Origin: a virus
Taxonomy: Duplodnaviria; Caudoviricetes
Length of the DNA stretch: 42,431 nt
IMG/VR virus record: IMGVR_UViG_3300011417_000007
Coordinates: 1-42,431 of that record
Strand: one strand, 5' to 3'
Shown: piece by piece, positions 16,247-26,255 of the stretch
Numbering within the stretch: the stretch's first letter is position 1
Layout: the number at the start of each line of letters is the position of its first letter
Program-made: the position numbers and the translations under genes
Notes under the pieces: generated by a model
The model's database searches: none
Told to the model about the DNA's origin: nothing
The model's input: only the letters and a program-made list of their open reading frames with translations

Positions 16247-16990
16247 ATGACATACGCAACAAATCTTCTGGCCGGTACATGGCCGTTTGAACGGGACGCG
16301 ACTTTTGCGGAAGGCGTGCCCGGTGGTTCAGTCCCAGGAATTGCCCTAGGCCAACGAGTACAGGCCTATGACTCTTTCTGGGGGTCGGGTGAGTTCATCT
16401 TCTTGAAATTCGCCACTGTCTCGACCTTGGTCGAGTTTGGGTCAGTCGTAATCTGGGACAACAACTTCCTGTTGGCCAAGAGTGCGGCAGCTGACTCGAA
16501 CGTTCAAGGGCGTCCGTTTGGCATCCTGGCAACGCGTTTCCCCTCGAATACGGGAGTAGGCTCAACGACTCCTTTCTATGGGTGGGTGATGCTTGCTGGA
16601 ATGATCCCGGCGACGTTCTCGGTGGCAGCGACTGCGGGTGCTGTGTATCAAGGTACGGCGGGCAACCTGACGCCGACTGCGAATACTGGTTCTGGCGTCC
16701 TCGGGCTTCACACGATGTTGGCTGCGACGGCGGCTATCACCAAAACAGTCACCACGCAAAACGGTTCGAACCGTCTGCAAGTTCCGTCTAAAGACGGTCT
16801 GTACCCAGGTGTCGCAGTCTCGGGCACCGGCTTGTCGGGCACAGTCCTGTCCTTGGACAGCGGCAAGAACAACGAAGTAATTTTGAGTGCCAACGCATCG
16901 GCAACTGGTACCGTAACGGCCACTTTCACTGACACCGGTTTCGGCCGAGTCATGTTAGAGCAGCCGCATTTCCAAGGCCAGATCACGTAA
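16247..16990 (+). CDS. Putative capsid decoration/cement protein
   Basis: Follows the capsid gene before a terminator. G.GEFIFLK and YGWVMLAG motifs, Thr/Gly-rich C-domain. Confidence 0.65.
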   Translation: MTYATNLLAGTWPFERDATFAEGVPGGSVPGIALGQRVQAYDSFWGSGEFIFLKFATVSTLVEFGSVVIWDNNFLLAKSAAADSNVQGRPFGILATRFPSNTGVGSTTPFYGWVMLAGMIPATFSVAATAGAVYQGTAGNLTPTANTGSGVLGLHTMLAATAAITKTVTTQNGSNRLQVPSKDGLYPGVAVSGTGLSGTVLSLDSGKNNEVILSANASATGTVTATFTDTGFGRVMLEQPHFQGQIT

Positions 16991-17021
16991 CGATCACGGC
17001 GATATACCCCAGTCGCCGCTT

Positions 17022-17053
17022 CCCCAGGGGCCTTCGGGTCCTTGGGGTTTTTT
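17022..17053 (+). terminator. Rho-independent terminator after the capsid/decoration genes
   Basis: CCCCAGGGGCC-TTCG-GGTCCTTGGGG followed by T6. Confidence 0.85.
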
Positions 17054-17077
17054 GGGGCTTCTACTACAGGGGTAACA

Positions 17078-17722
17078 ATGAGTGATATACGACCACCCTT
17101 CGTCAGGTTTGAAGTCAAAGCCGTCGAAGATAGAGCTGCTTCAATGGCCAATGGGTATTACACTTCCAAAGACGTAGATTACATCATCCTGATTCCTCAT
17201 GGTAGTGAGGGCAGGACGGTGATAGAGCAGGAGTATCAATCCTGGCTCGAGAAGATTCGCCCGCAGTCTGGCGGGGACCTAATGGCTCCAGGAGGGGATA
17301 CAGGAACTCCTGTTATGGCCGCGGCTCGCTTTCCTACTGCCTGGCTCAAACTGATTGAAGAGGGCTTCAAGGCCTGGAAAGAGGGCCGGGAACTGCCGGT
17401 TGATGGTACTCCCTTAGCTAACTGGCCTGTGATCAGCCCTGCCCTAGTCAAGAATTGTCTACAATTGCACGTGAGGACCGTCGAGGAGCTGGCTGTGATC
17501 AGCGATGAGGTCGTTGCGCGCTTGGGCATGTCGGGGCGCAACTTGCAGCAAAGGGCTAAGGCCTGGGTTGAGGCCAAAGCCGAGGGTGGCGGGAAGCTAG
17601 GGGCTGACCTGGAAAAGGAAAGGGCGTTGAGAGAGGCTGCTGAAAATCGGATTAAGTCGCTGGAAGAGCGTCTTGCCGGGATGGAAGTGAAGCCTTCGTC
17701 AGTCGTCCGAATGGTGAAATAG
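17078..17722 (+). CDS. Conserved hypothetical virion-module protein
   Basis: 214 aa from MSDIRPP. GTPLANWP and VRTVEELA motifs plus a C-terminal coiled coil. Confidence 0.75.
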   Translation: MSDIRPPFVRFEVKAVEDRAASMANGYYTSKDVDYIILIPHGSEGRTVIEQEYQSWLEKIRPQSGGDLMAPGGDTGTPVMAAARFPTAWLKLIEEGFKAWKEGRELPVDGTPLANWPVISPALVKNCLQLHVRTVEELAVISDEVVARLGMSGRNLQQRAKAWVEAKAEGGGKLGADLEKERALREAAENRIKSLEERLAGMEVKPSSVVRMVK

Positions 17723-18439
17723 ATGGCTTATTCGCTGCTGCAGATCGTTCAGCAAGTTGCCCGCCGGACTAACTTGCCGGTTCCTTCGATCGTGCTCTCG
17801 AGTCCAGACGAACAGGTGCAACAAATGTTCGGGCTGGTGCAGGAGCTGGCCGAGGAGCTGAATGAAGACATCAGCTGGCAAGCGAATATCGTGAGAGTAA
17901 CCTGGGTCTCGGTGGCGGCTGAGGTCCAGGGGACTGTTGCTAGTATCTTCGGCGCGGAGATGGGAGACATCTACTCCGCGACCCTCTGGAATGACACCTT
18001 GCGGAAGCCGCTTTACGGGCCTCTGGACAAGTACTCGTACCAGCTGCTGAAGTCCATGATCCCGAGTGGCCCGATCAATCAGTACAAGTTGATGGGGAAC
18101 GAGGTTCACGTGCTGCCGATTATGACGGCGGGCGAGACTTGTTCAGCGCTCACCAGGACCAAGTACTGCTGGACTAACAGTGCTGGGACCGTTTTCAAGA
18201 CTATCCCAACTGACGACTCAGACCTCCCGCTTTACAACGACCGGCTGATGACTATAGGCCTCCGCGCACGTTGGAAGGAAGAGAAAGGCTTACCCTACGC
18301 TGAGGACTTCCGCAGGTACGAGATGCTCAAAGCGAACAAGGCCACCAGGGACGGAACCAAGCCCACCCTGTACCTTGATCGTCCGTCGCAGGAGCTTACC
18401 CCCGGCATCTTTGTACCCGCCGGTAACTGGCCAGTCTAA
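17723..18439 (+). CDS. Head-tail adaptor (tail tubular protein A-like)
   Basis: SLLQIVQQVA..., W.EEKGLPYAEDF, 238 aa, located before the nozzle gene. Confidence 0.75.
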   Translation: MAYSLLQIVQQVARRTNLPVPSIVLSSPDEQVQQMFGLVQELAEELNEDISWQANIVRVTWVSVAAEVQGTVASIFGAEMGDIYSATLWNDTLRKPLYGPLDKYSYQLLKSMIPSGPINQYKLMGNEVHVLPIMTAGETCSALTRTKYCWTNSAGTVFKTIPTDDSDLPLYNDRLMTIGLRARWKEEKGLPYAEDFRRYEMLKANKATRDGTKPTLYLDRPSQELTPGIFVPAGNWPV

Positions 18440-19989
18440 TGCTAGAGCCTATTACTAGGCTGCCGCCGAACCAGCCCGTAGTCATCCCGGTAACGATTCC
18501 AGGTCCCTTCGGCGGGTGGAACACCAGGGATTCTGTGGCAGCGATGCCGCCGACTGACGCGGTACTGGTGCAGAACGTGATCTGCTATCCTGGCGAAGTT
18601 AAGATGCGCCGGGGTAGCAGTGACCATGCTACGGGCTTCCCTTCGGGGAAGGAAGTCGAATCCCTGATGGACTACAACCCGCAAGGGACTTCCGGGGCGA
18701 AGCTCTTCGCAGCGACGAATACAGCCTTCTACGACGTGACGACTCCGGGGGCGATTGGAGCCTCTGTCGTTACGACTACCAACGGCAAGTGGCAGCATGT
18801 TAATTTCACGAACAGCGCCGGGAGTTGGCTGATCGCGGTCAACGGTGTTGACAACATGCAGCAGTGGAACGGAACCGTGTGGGCGTCAGTTGCGAACCTG
18901 AGCGCTCCCTTTCCCACTACCACCATCATCGGGATCACGATCTTCAAGCAGCGCCTCATCTTCGTCCCCAAGGACGAGCTGAGCTTCTGGTATCTGCCCA
19001 CTGGTGCTGTCACAGGAACTGCTCTCCGCTTCAACCTTGGGCAGATTTGCCGCAGGGGTGGGCGGGTGATGGCTGCTCTGGCTTGGACCATCGACGGCGG
19101 AAACGGCTCTGACGACCAGCTGGTGCTGATAACGACAGAGGGCGAAGTCATCGTCTATGCAGGTGACGACCCTTCAAATCCGCTCCTCTGGTCCCTGGTC
19201 GGAGTCTACTACATCGGTCGGCCTTTGGGTCGGCGCTGCCTGGCCAAGTACGGCGGGGACGTACTGGCCCTGACGGACCGCGGAGCCTTCCCTATTTCTC
19301 GAGCGCTGCAAAGCTCCACCGTTGACAAGTCCACCGCCTTCACCGACAAGATCGAGCCGACGTTTGTGACCCAGGCTCTGACCCTGTTCTCGGTCTTCGG
19401 CTGGGAAACTGTTATCAATACGGCAGAAAGCTACCTGCTGATGAACGTGCCAAACGCCGCTGGCTCGCAGTACGTCATGCAGCAGCAGTCGGGCGGCTGG
19501 AGTGAATTCATCGGGTGGGACGCGAACTGCTTCTGCTTCTTCAACGGGCAGCTCTACTTCGGGTCGCTGGAAAAGGTCAAGCTGGCCTCGAGTGGGACAG
19601 CCGACGGGGCGAGTGCGATTACCGCGAACATCGTTCCTGCATTCAATTATCTAGGGACCAAAGGGCAGAAGCAGATCGACCTCATTCGACCTATCTTTAG
19701 CTCTAATGGTCCCTTCTCTTACACCATTGGGCTTAGCACGGACTTCAATGTGACAGAGCCGTCGACTTCGGTGACGGGGACTACGTCACTGGTGCTGGCC
19801 CTTTGGGATTCTGCGGTGTGGGATCAAGGATTGTGGGCGGGTAATAACCTCGTCACCAAGTCCTGGCGAACCGTGAACAACTTCCCCTTTTATGCAGCCG
19901 CACCTTATATCCGGATCGCCAGCTCTTCGGTGAACGTGTCCCTGGTTGCAGTCGACTTCCTCGCCACCCCGTGCAGTTCCTTCCTGTAA
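18439..19989 (+). CDS. Tail nozzle / DNA stabilisation protein (P22 gp10 / tubular B-like)
   Basis: 516 aa beta-propeller-like sequence. P.GGWNTRDS.A.M and WTIDGG.G.DD motifs. Confidence 0.8.
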   Translation: MLEPITRLPPNQPVVIPVTIPGPFGGWNTRDSVAAMPPTDAVLVQNVICYPGEVKMRRGSSDHATGFPSGKEVESLMDYNPQGTSGAKLFAATNTAFYDVTTPGAIGASVVTTTNGKWQHVNFTNSAGSWLIAVNGVDNMQQWNGTVWASVANLSAPFPTTTIIGITIFKQRLIFVPKDELSFWYLPTGAVTGTALRFNLGQICRRGGRVMAALAWTIDGGNGSDDQLVLITTEGEVIVYAGDDPSNPLLWSLVGVYYIGRPLGRRCLAKYGGDVLALTDRGAFPISRALQSSTVDKSTAFTDKIEPTFVTQALTLFSVFGWETVINTAESYLLMNVPNAAGSQYVMQQQSGGWSEFIGWDANCFCFFNGQLYFGSLEKVKLASSGTADGASAITANIVPAFNYLGTKGQKQIDLIRPIFSSNGPFSYTIGLSTDFNVTEPSTSVTGTTSLVLALWDSAVWDQGLWAGNNLVTKSWRTVNNFPFYAAAPYIRIASSSVNVSLVAVDFLATPCSSFL

Positions 19990-20468
19990 TCGGTGATGCA
20001 GAGCGCGTCGGACCTTGGGTTCGCGAGAAGGCAGGAGGCTGCGGCGGCGTACCTTGCACGACTCTGGGCGTCGAGTGGGATGGGGGTTTGGTTGCTGGAG
20101 CCCTCTTCCGCGAGTACACTAAACACAACCTCTGGGTTGACCTCCGCATCGACGACCCGGCTGCCTCCAAGCTCCTCTTCCGCCTAATTGGCAACTACGT
20201 CGTGAAGCAACTGGGACTCTCCCGGTTGACCCTTTCGACAGAATCTAGTAACCTTGCGGCTGTCAGACTGCACGAGAAGCTTGGCGCTATTCTAGAGGGG
20301 AAACTCCTAGGGGCGGGTTCAAGCGGAGACGACATCTTGATCTCGCGGTTAACTCCCGAATGTTCCCTTTGGAGGAGATTAGATGGGCGGAGGCGGTTCA
20401 CCACCACCGGCACCAGATCCCCGGCTTGCAATACCGGATCAGGAAGCAGCGAATCGGCGCGCGTTTGA
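19971..20468 (+). CDS. GNAT-fold acetyltransferase-like protein of the virion module
   Basis: QLGLSRLT...SNLAAVRLHEKLGAILEG is a GNAT motif, in the usual podovirus position after the nozzle. Confidence 0.7.
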   Translation: MQFLPVIGDAERVGPWVREKAGGCGGVPCTTLGVEWDGGLVAGALFREYTKHNLWVDLRIDDPAASKLLFRLIGNYVVKQLGLSRLTLSTESSNLAAVRLHEKLGAILEGKLLGAGSSGDDILISRLTPECSLWRRLDGRRRFTTTGTRSPACNTGSGSSESARV

Positions 20469-21195
20469 GCAGCAGGTTCGCGAAGGTCGTCCAGATGTCG
20501 TAGGCCCTGGGGGCATGTCCCAGTGGAGTCGAGACGCTGGAGGCAACTGGACCAATCGCGTTACACTGGACCCGAACTTGCAGGGGATGCGGGATCAACT
20601 CTCGCAGCCTTTTGACAACTCGGGCTTCTTACGCGATCGGACTCCTCAGTATGATGCCGGGACGAGACAACGGGCCGAGGACGCACTTTACGCCCGGTCA
20701 ACCTCGCGGCTAGACCCCCAGTGGGATAGAGCTGAACAACGCTCCCACGAGCGGCTTCTGGGTCAAGGCTTCAACATCCAGGACGAAGGGTATCGCTCGA
20801 CGGCGGAAGACCTTGGTCGCCAGCGTACAGATGCGTACGCCGATGCCAGGAATGCAGCTATTGCTGGCGGCGGGCAGGAAGCTTCGCAGGAACTGGAGCG
20901 CTCACTGCAATCGGCTGAGTTCGGGCAGCGCTCGGACCTGGCTAATATCGATGTTAGGAATGCTGACAGAGACCGTATCGCCCGCGAGTTGCAGACCTTG
21001 ATGCCGAACTTTAATGCTGGTGGTGGAGGCGGTGGAGTTCCAGGTCTCGCCAGCGTAGACGTTATGGGTGCTGGTCAGCAGAACTATCAGAACCAGCTTG
21101 GTACTTGGAACGCCCAGCAGGGTCGTAGGGATGCCAGGACCGGAGCTATTGTTTCCGGAGTCGGAACTGCTGCCATGATCGCCATAATGATATGA
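20383..21195 (+). CDS. Putative internal virion (ejection) protein
   Basis: MGGGGSPPPAPDP N-terminus, Q/G-rich, hydrophobic C-terminal tail. Confidence 0.7.
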   Translation: MGGGGSPPPAPDPRLAIPDQEAANRRAFEQQVREGRPDVVGPGGMSQWSRDAGGNWTNRVTLDPNLQGMRDQLSQPFDNSGFLRDRTPQYDAGTRQRAEDALYARSTSRLDPQWDRAEQRSHERLLGQGFNIQDEGYRSTAEDLGRQRTDAYADARNAAIAGGGQEASQELERSLQSAEFGQRSDLANIDVRNADRDRIARELQTLMPNFNAGGGGGGVPGLASVDVMGAGQQNYQNQLGTWNAQQGRRDARTGAIVSGVGTAAMIAIMI

Positions 21196-21944
21196 TGGCG
21201 CTGGAGCGTCTGAAGGACTGTTTCAAGAGGCATGATCGGGTTGCCTTGTTCTTCTCTGGTGGGAAGGACTCCTTGGCGACGTTGCTGCTGGCGGAAGAGT
21301 ATTGGGGCAAGGTCGCGGTGGTCTGGGTGGATACCGGAGCACAGCTGCCTGAAATCCACGAGCTGATGGGCAAGTTCAAGAAGGCCATTCCGAACTTCTT
21401 CATCGTGCGGAGCAACCAACCTGAGAACATCCGGACTTATGGGTATCCTGTAGACGTGCTCCCTGTGTGGAGTACGCTCACAGGCCAGTCCATCGGCGGG
21501 ATGCGGCCGTTGAAGCTGCAATCCTGGCTCGACTGTTGCGCCGAGAACATCTGGAAGCCTGGGTATGAGTTCTCCAAGGCCCTGGAAGTGACGGCTATCA
21601 TCAGGGGTCAGCGGCAAGACGAACGCTACACTGCCCCGACACGCTCGGGAGAAGTTTTCGAAGGAGTCGAACTTGTCTACCCCATCGAAGAATGGACCAA
21701 GGACGAAGTTCTCGAGTACCTGGAAGAGAAGGGCTATAAGAATGAACGCCTGGACCTTAGCCATTCGTCATTGGACTGCTGGAACTGCACTGCCTTCGTC
21801 CCAGAGACAGGCGACCGTCTTCGGTATTTACGCAAACATCATCCGGAGAAAGCTGCCAAGATCTTCCCTATCTTTCAGGCGATCGTCGCGGAAGCCAAAA
21901 GAGACCTGAACCTTGTGAGTGCTGGAATTGAGGAGTTGCGGTAA
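21192..21944 (+). CDS. PAPS/APS-reductase-family (PP-loop) protein
   Basis: FSGGKDS PP-loop, VDTG, RGQR.DE, PIEEWT and CC-X79-CxxC. Confidence 0.85.
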   Translation: MMALERLKDCFKRHDRVALFFSGGKDSLATLLLAEEYWGKVAVVWVDTGAQLPEIHELMGKFKKAIPNFFIVRSNQPENIRTYGYPVDVLPVWSTLTGQSIGGMRPLKLQSWLDCCAENIWKPGYEFSKALEVTAIIRGQRQDERYTAPTRSGEVFEGVELVYPIEEWTKDEVLEYLEEKGYKNERLDLSHSSLDCWNCTAFVPETGDRLRYLRKHHPEKAAKIFPIFQAIVAEAKRDLNLVSAGIEELR

Positions 21945-22354
21945 TGGATCAACAAATGCTGCTGAAAATGATGCAAATGTACCAGCAACAGCAGGCTGCA
22001 AATCCTGGCGCTGTGCCTGATCCCACAAGGCCCGCACCGGCAGCAGCACCAGTGGCTGCGGCTCCTCCGATGGACATGAGCGGGATGGCGGGTGGGGCTG
22101 CGGCTGGTATGGCTGAACCCGCGCCTACGCTGCCAGGAGCTGCTCCTCCGGGTGGTGGTATGGCTGGCCCAGGAATGGTGGCTGCGCAGGGATTGCAGCA
22201 AGCTGGCGGGTACCTTGCTAGTCAAAATGCTCCTAACGTAGCAATGGAGCAGGATATGGCCATGCGAAACCAAGGCCCTGGTGGTTACGACGAACGCCGC
22301 AAGCAGCTACTGCTGCAAGCCCTCCAACAAGGTCAGATGAATGGCCGCCAATAG
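21944..22354 (+). CDS. Low-complexity Q/A/P/G/M-rich putative ejection protein
   Basis: Coupled to both neighbours, disordered composition. Confidence 0.6.
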   Translation: MDQQMLLKMMQMYQQQQAANPGAVPDPTRPAPAAAPVAAAPPMDMSGMAGGAAAGMAEPAPTLPGAAPPGGGMAGPGMVAAQGLQQAGGYLASQNAPNVAMEQDMAMRNQGPGGYDERRKQLLLQALQQGQMNGRQ

Positions 22355-23675
22355 CCCTCCGAGCTTCCTGCCTCAATACCAGGACGAGGTAACGCAAGCC
22401 CAGCAGATGCAAATGCTGGCGCAGCTCTTGGCCTCGAACAAAGCGAATACTGAAGGCCGGATGATTTCAGGCCACTATGTGCGCTCGAACCCGCTGGCTC
22501 ATATCAACAATTTGGCAGCTGGCGTTGGCGGGCTCTACGGTGGGAACAAGAGCCGGGAGATGCTGGCCAAGGTCCTGCAGCGTCAAGGGATGCAGCAGCA
22601 AGCTGAGCGCCAGGGTGTTCTGGGCATGCTCCAGCCGCGGAATGTGCAAGACCCGTCACTGCCCCAGGTCGATGACTCGGGTGAGGCTGCTGCATCGGGC
22701 CTGCCGGCGATGAAGCCCGGCGACCCGATGGGAGCTGAAAGAAAGGCGCTTGGATCGCAATTCCCAGATATCCAAAAACTGGGAGAGGAACTCGCGAAAC
22801 AACGCCTGGAAGTGTTCAAGCAAGCTAGTGCTGCGGGCGACCCGGCGAGTATTGCTGCTAGTGGTGGCGATCCGACCAAGGTGGAAGGGGTTAAGGTCAG
22901 CCCGATCGCTGTCACACAGACTGACGCAGGCCCGTTGTACTCCCAGTCGACCTCGAGAGGCAGCCTGCAAACGGGTGGGTTCCCGCGGGCTCCGACGCCT
23001 CCGGGTGCCAACGTCACTGGCCAGATCATGCAGGACGACCTCAAGGACTTGCGGGTTCAGCGCGAGAAGCGTGCGATTCCGGCGAACGAGGCACTGGCGG
23101 CAACGCAGCAGGCCTACGCATTGCTGAAGTCCGGCGTGATGCAAACTGGCTCCGAACAGGACAAACTGGACTACGTGCAGAAACTCGCCCGCTTCCTCCC
23201 AGGCGTCAATGTACCGAAGAACGTGCCCGCGAACGAGGCCTTTAACAACTTCGTCCTTCCTGCCCTTGGGGAGACCTTGGAGCGGATGAAGGGCGGGTCT
23301 GGATCGCAGAGTGAGCGCGAAATGATCGAGGGCTTGAAGCGTGGTATTACGACCACCCGCGAGCCTGAGGCCCTTGCCGCCATGATGGAGCAGGCCATGA
23401 AGCTGAGCCTCCAAACCCTGGCTGACTACAATGGTCGGGTGCAGAAGGGCGCGGACCTTGCGACCTCCAACAAGGACTTGACAATCGACCCGCGGCTGTT
23501 CCAGAACCTGATCGTAGGGTCTGGCAATATCCCGACGGCTGAAAACGAAGCTGGCAACCAAGCACTTCGTGCCGACCCAGGAATCCTCAACCCGGCGCTA
23601 AGGAGCCTCGTGCCCGCCGATAAGGGTGGGACTGCTCCTCCGACAACTCGCATGAAATTCAGGGGCGGTCGATGA
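22341..23675 (+). CDS. Putative internal virion (ejection) protein
   Basis: 444 aa, helical and Q-rich. GRMISGHYV N-terminal motif. Position in the ejection module. Confidence 0.7.
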   Translation: MAANSPPSFLPQYQDEVTQAQQMQMLAQLLASNKANTEGRMISGHYVRSNPLAHINNLAAGVGGLYGGNKSREMLAKVLQRQGMQQQAERQGVLGMLQPRNVQDPSLPQVDDSGEAAASGLPAMKPGDPMGAERKALGSQFPDIQKLGEELAKQRLEVFKQASAAGDPASIAASGGDPTKVEGVKVSPIAVTQTDAGPLYSQSTSRGSLQTGGFPRAPTPPGANVTGQIMQDDLKDLRVQREKRAIPANEALAATQQAYALLKSGVMQTGSEQDKLDYVQKLARFLPGVNVPKNVPANEAFNNFVLPALGETLERMKGGSGSQSEREMIEGLKRGITTTREPEALAAMMEQAMKLSLQTLADYNGRVQKGADLATSNKDLTIDPRLFQNLIVGSGNIPTAENEAGNQALRADPGILNPALRSLVPADKGGTAPPTTRMKFRGGR

Positions 23676-24793
23676 GCAGAGAAGTCCCTATCTCCCTCCC
23701 GGACGGCAGCAAGGTCATTCTGGAAGATGTTCCAGAGTCGATGACTGACGCGCAGGCGCAAGCTTACGTGTTCGAGCAGAAGGGTCTCGGTACGCCTGAG
23801 ACGGGGCCACAACTGGCAGGTCGGCGGGCGCGAGAACTCGGAGCTGCTGCGGTCACAGGCCCTGCTCGCGCGGTGTCGGGACTTGGTGATCTGGCTCTCT
23901 TTGCGAAGGATAAGCTTAGCCCGCCGGGAGAGGCAGGAGCCAGGCCCACTGCTTTTGGCCAACTTATGGATCGGTACAGAGACCTGGGCCTGACGCCGAA
24001 GATCAACGCGCTGCGGGATCAGATCGCAGGGCGGAACCTCGACCGGGACATTCCTGCTGCAGTAGCCCAAGGCGCAACAGGCTCGCTGATGTTCCCTGGT
24101 GGGCCGGTAATCAATGCAGTTACTGGCGGCGCTAGTGCCGGAGTTACGGAAGGCGCAGCGCAGGCAGGGCTCCCCCCAGAAGCGCAGCTGGCACTAGGCC
24201 TTGCGACTGGTGGAGTCACTGGTGGGGCCCTTACTGCAGGCAAACGGATTACGGCTCCTACTACCGCCCGCACCCAGATTAAGAACGCTCTGGGCAACCT
24301 CACACCCCGGCAACGTCTAATGGCTGCGCTCGAGGGTGCAGACCCAGAAAAGATGGCTTGGCAAGCTGCCCCAGAAGGCACTGGCTTGCGCACGCTTGGA
24401 GAGAAGGCTGCGCTGCAGTCCGGCGGGGACAAGATCCAGGCCAAGCTCCAGGCACAGCGCGATATGCCCCATCTTGCCAACGATGATGCGGTGCAAGACT
24501 CGATCAAGAAGCTGGCGGGCAAGAACGTCGAACTGTCGCCTGGGTCTGAAGTCGGCAGCGTGACGAGTGCGTTGACTGCCCAGATCGGCAGTGGTGTCTA
24601 CCGCACGTATCAGGCCTTCAAGCGCCGCTTCCCTTGGATCACAGAGAAGCAGTATGATAATCTCCTCTCCAAATCACTGGAGGACCTGATTGCTGAAATG
24701 CGGAAGGGTAAGGCTCCTCCTGCGCCTGGAGTCGCTGCCTCGGCTGCCTCAGGCGCAGCGCCTGCCCCCGATGATGAGCCACAGAACAAATAG
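23672..24793 (+). CDS. Putative internal virion (ejection) protein
   Basis: 373 aa, Gly/Ala-rich membrane-like segments, ISLPDG..EDVPE N-terminus. Confidence 0.7.
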   Translation: MSREVPISLPDGSKVILEDVPESMTDAQAQAYVFEQKGLGTPETGPQLAGRRARELGAAAVTGPARAVSGLGDLALFAKDKLSPPGEAGARPTAFGQLMDRYRDLGLTPKINALRDQIAGRNLDRDIPAAVAQGATGSLMFPGGPVINAVTGGASAGVTEGAAQAGLPPEAQLALGLATGGVTGGALTAGKRITAPTTARTQIKNALGNLTPRQRLMAALEGADPEKMAWQAAPEGTGLRTLGEKAALQSGGDKIQAKLQAQRDMPHLANDDAVQDSIKKLAGKNVELSPGSEVGSVTSALTAQIGSGVYRTYQAFKRRFPWITEKQYDNLLSKSLEDLIAEMRKGKAPPAPGVAASAASGAAPAPDDEPQNK

Positions 24794-24806
24794 GTAAAGG
24801 TGCCAC

Positions 24807-25652
24807 ATGCCCTTCAACGGTAGCGGAACATACTCACTCCCAGGCGGAAACCCGGTAGTCTCGGGGACTACGATTACTAGCTCCTGGGCTAACACCACGC
24901 TGAGCGACGTAGCGACAGCGCTGTCCTTGTGCTTGGTGCGTGATGGGCAGGCCGCGATGACAGGGACGTTGAACCTTGGGGGTAATAGGCTCTCGAACTT
25001 GCACGCCGGTAGTGCTGCCAGCCCTTCGCTCTTCTGGACAGGGAACGGCATTAATACAGGACTTTACGCCCCCGCCGACGACCAGATCGGAATCTCTATC
25101 AATGGTGTGCTGACGGGCCTGTGGTTTAGTCAAGGCGAACGTATTCTGGGTACGACGATGCACGCGAGCGCTGCCCTTCAAGTCAACGGAGCGCGGTCCT
25201 ACTTCTCCGGCGCGAGCGCCAACATCGCCCTCGGAGTAGCTTATAACGAGACGCGAGCGACAGCAGCCCAAGCCATCCACTTCGGAGCTACTGACAGCGC
25301 TACGCCGACGCTGAACATCACGAATGCTGGAGGCACAACCCTGGTGACGGTGGACAACGCAGGCGCTATGGTCGTGACCACGACAGTCACTGCCAACTCG
25401 GATGAGCGGCTGAAGAAGGACTTCAAGCGTCTCGAGCTGACCGTGGAGCAGTTGGCGACCCTCCCGATCTACGAGTACACCAGACGTGACACCGGCGAGC
25501 TTGAGTTCGGGTTCAAGGCCCAAGATGTCGAGAAGGTCTACCCTATGGCTGTCCGGCACTCGGACGAGGGCATCAAGTCCCTGGACTACATGCGCTTCGG
25601 TGCAATTGCCGCAGTTGTCGTAGCGAAGAGGCTTGCCAATGTTGCCAGCTAG
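24807..25652 (+). CDS. Tail fibre with C-terminal intramolecular chaperone (peptidase S74-like)
   Basis: MPFNGSGTYSLPGGNPVVSGTTI anchor domain and SDERLKKD...GFKAQDVEKVYP.AV...LDY chaperone domain. Confidence 0.85.
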   Translation: MPFNGSGTYSLPGGNPVVSGTTITSSWANTTLSDVATALSLCLVRDGQAAMTGTLNLGGNRLSNLHAGSAASPSLFWTGNGINTGLYAPADDQIGISINGVLTGLWFSQGERILGTTMHASAALQVNGARSYFSGASANIALGVAYNETRATAAQAIHFGATDSATPTLNITNAGGTTLVTVDNAGAMVVTTTVTANSDERLKKDFKRLELTVEQLATLPIYEYTRRDTGELEFGFKAQDVEKVYPMAVRHSDEGIKSLDYMRFGAIAAVVVAKRLANVAS

Positions 25653-26247
25653 TGGAGCACTAACCAGCACGCAGCTGCTGAACGAGGTTAACGCGACTGC
25701 TCCGAATCTGTTTCTCAAGCCCGCTATTGGTGGAGTTGGAGACATCGGCGGGCGGATAGCTAAGCTCGCGGACCAGGGTGGCTCCCCCGTCACCATGCCG
25801 AACCACTTCTGGAGCAAGGGCCTCCGCTCCACGTCACTAGGTGCGACCTCCTGTTCTGCCACAGCTGCTGGCGGTGGTGGCGGGTTCCTGATGGAGCCTC
25901 GCGGCGGGAACATGACCTTCTTCGCTGGAACCACCTTCGGCGGCAGCAACGGAAGCTGGTTCACCCCGAACTATATTGCCAGGGACTTCCCGGGCGTTTG
26001 GTGTCAGATTCGCGCGACTTACGTCTCGGGGACAGCTGGCGGGCTTTACACTAACAACGTGGCCGCAGTAGGTTCTGGCACATGGTACAGCCTCGACGAA
26101 CAGACCACTGGCGATGGCTTGAATCGTTACTTTACTGCTTATTTCGGAGGGGCTCCGGGTAGTGCTGTCTGGACGATCGACGTCCGCACCGCCAACGGAG
26201 GCGTTGGTCCGCACACTTATTGCTCGATGACTTTCATCAACACCTAG
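25639..26247 (+). CDS. Putative tail-fibre tip adhesin
   Basis: MLPASGAL...NEV N-terminus and a Gly-rich body. Follows the fibre gene. Confidence 0.6.
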   Translation: MLPASGALTSTQLLNEVNATAPNLFLKPAIGGVGDIGGRIAKLADQGGSPVTMPNHFWSKGLRSTSLGATSCSATAAGGGGGFLMEPRGGNMTFFAGTTFGGSNGSWFTPNYIARDFPGVWCQIRATYVSGTAGGLYTNNVAAVGSGTWYSLDEQTTGDGLNRYFTAYFGGAPGSAVWTIDVRTANGGVGPHTYCSMTFINT

Positions 26248-26255
26248 GGGTAGGT

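Noticed and set aside
21192-21944. cysH sulfur-assimilation auxiliary metabolic gene, or a complete Dnd phosphorothioation system
   Set aside because: It lacks the C-terminal ECG(L/I)H catalytic motif, no other cys or dnd genes are present, and the context is structural.
24834-25964. 376-aa antisense ORF (also 22656-23561, 7185-7982, 3851-4597 and others)
   Set aside because: These are shadow frames opposite well-supported genes, expected from codon bias in GC-rich DNA. They show no motifs or RBS.
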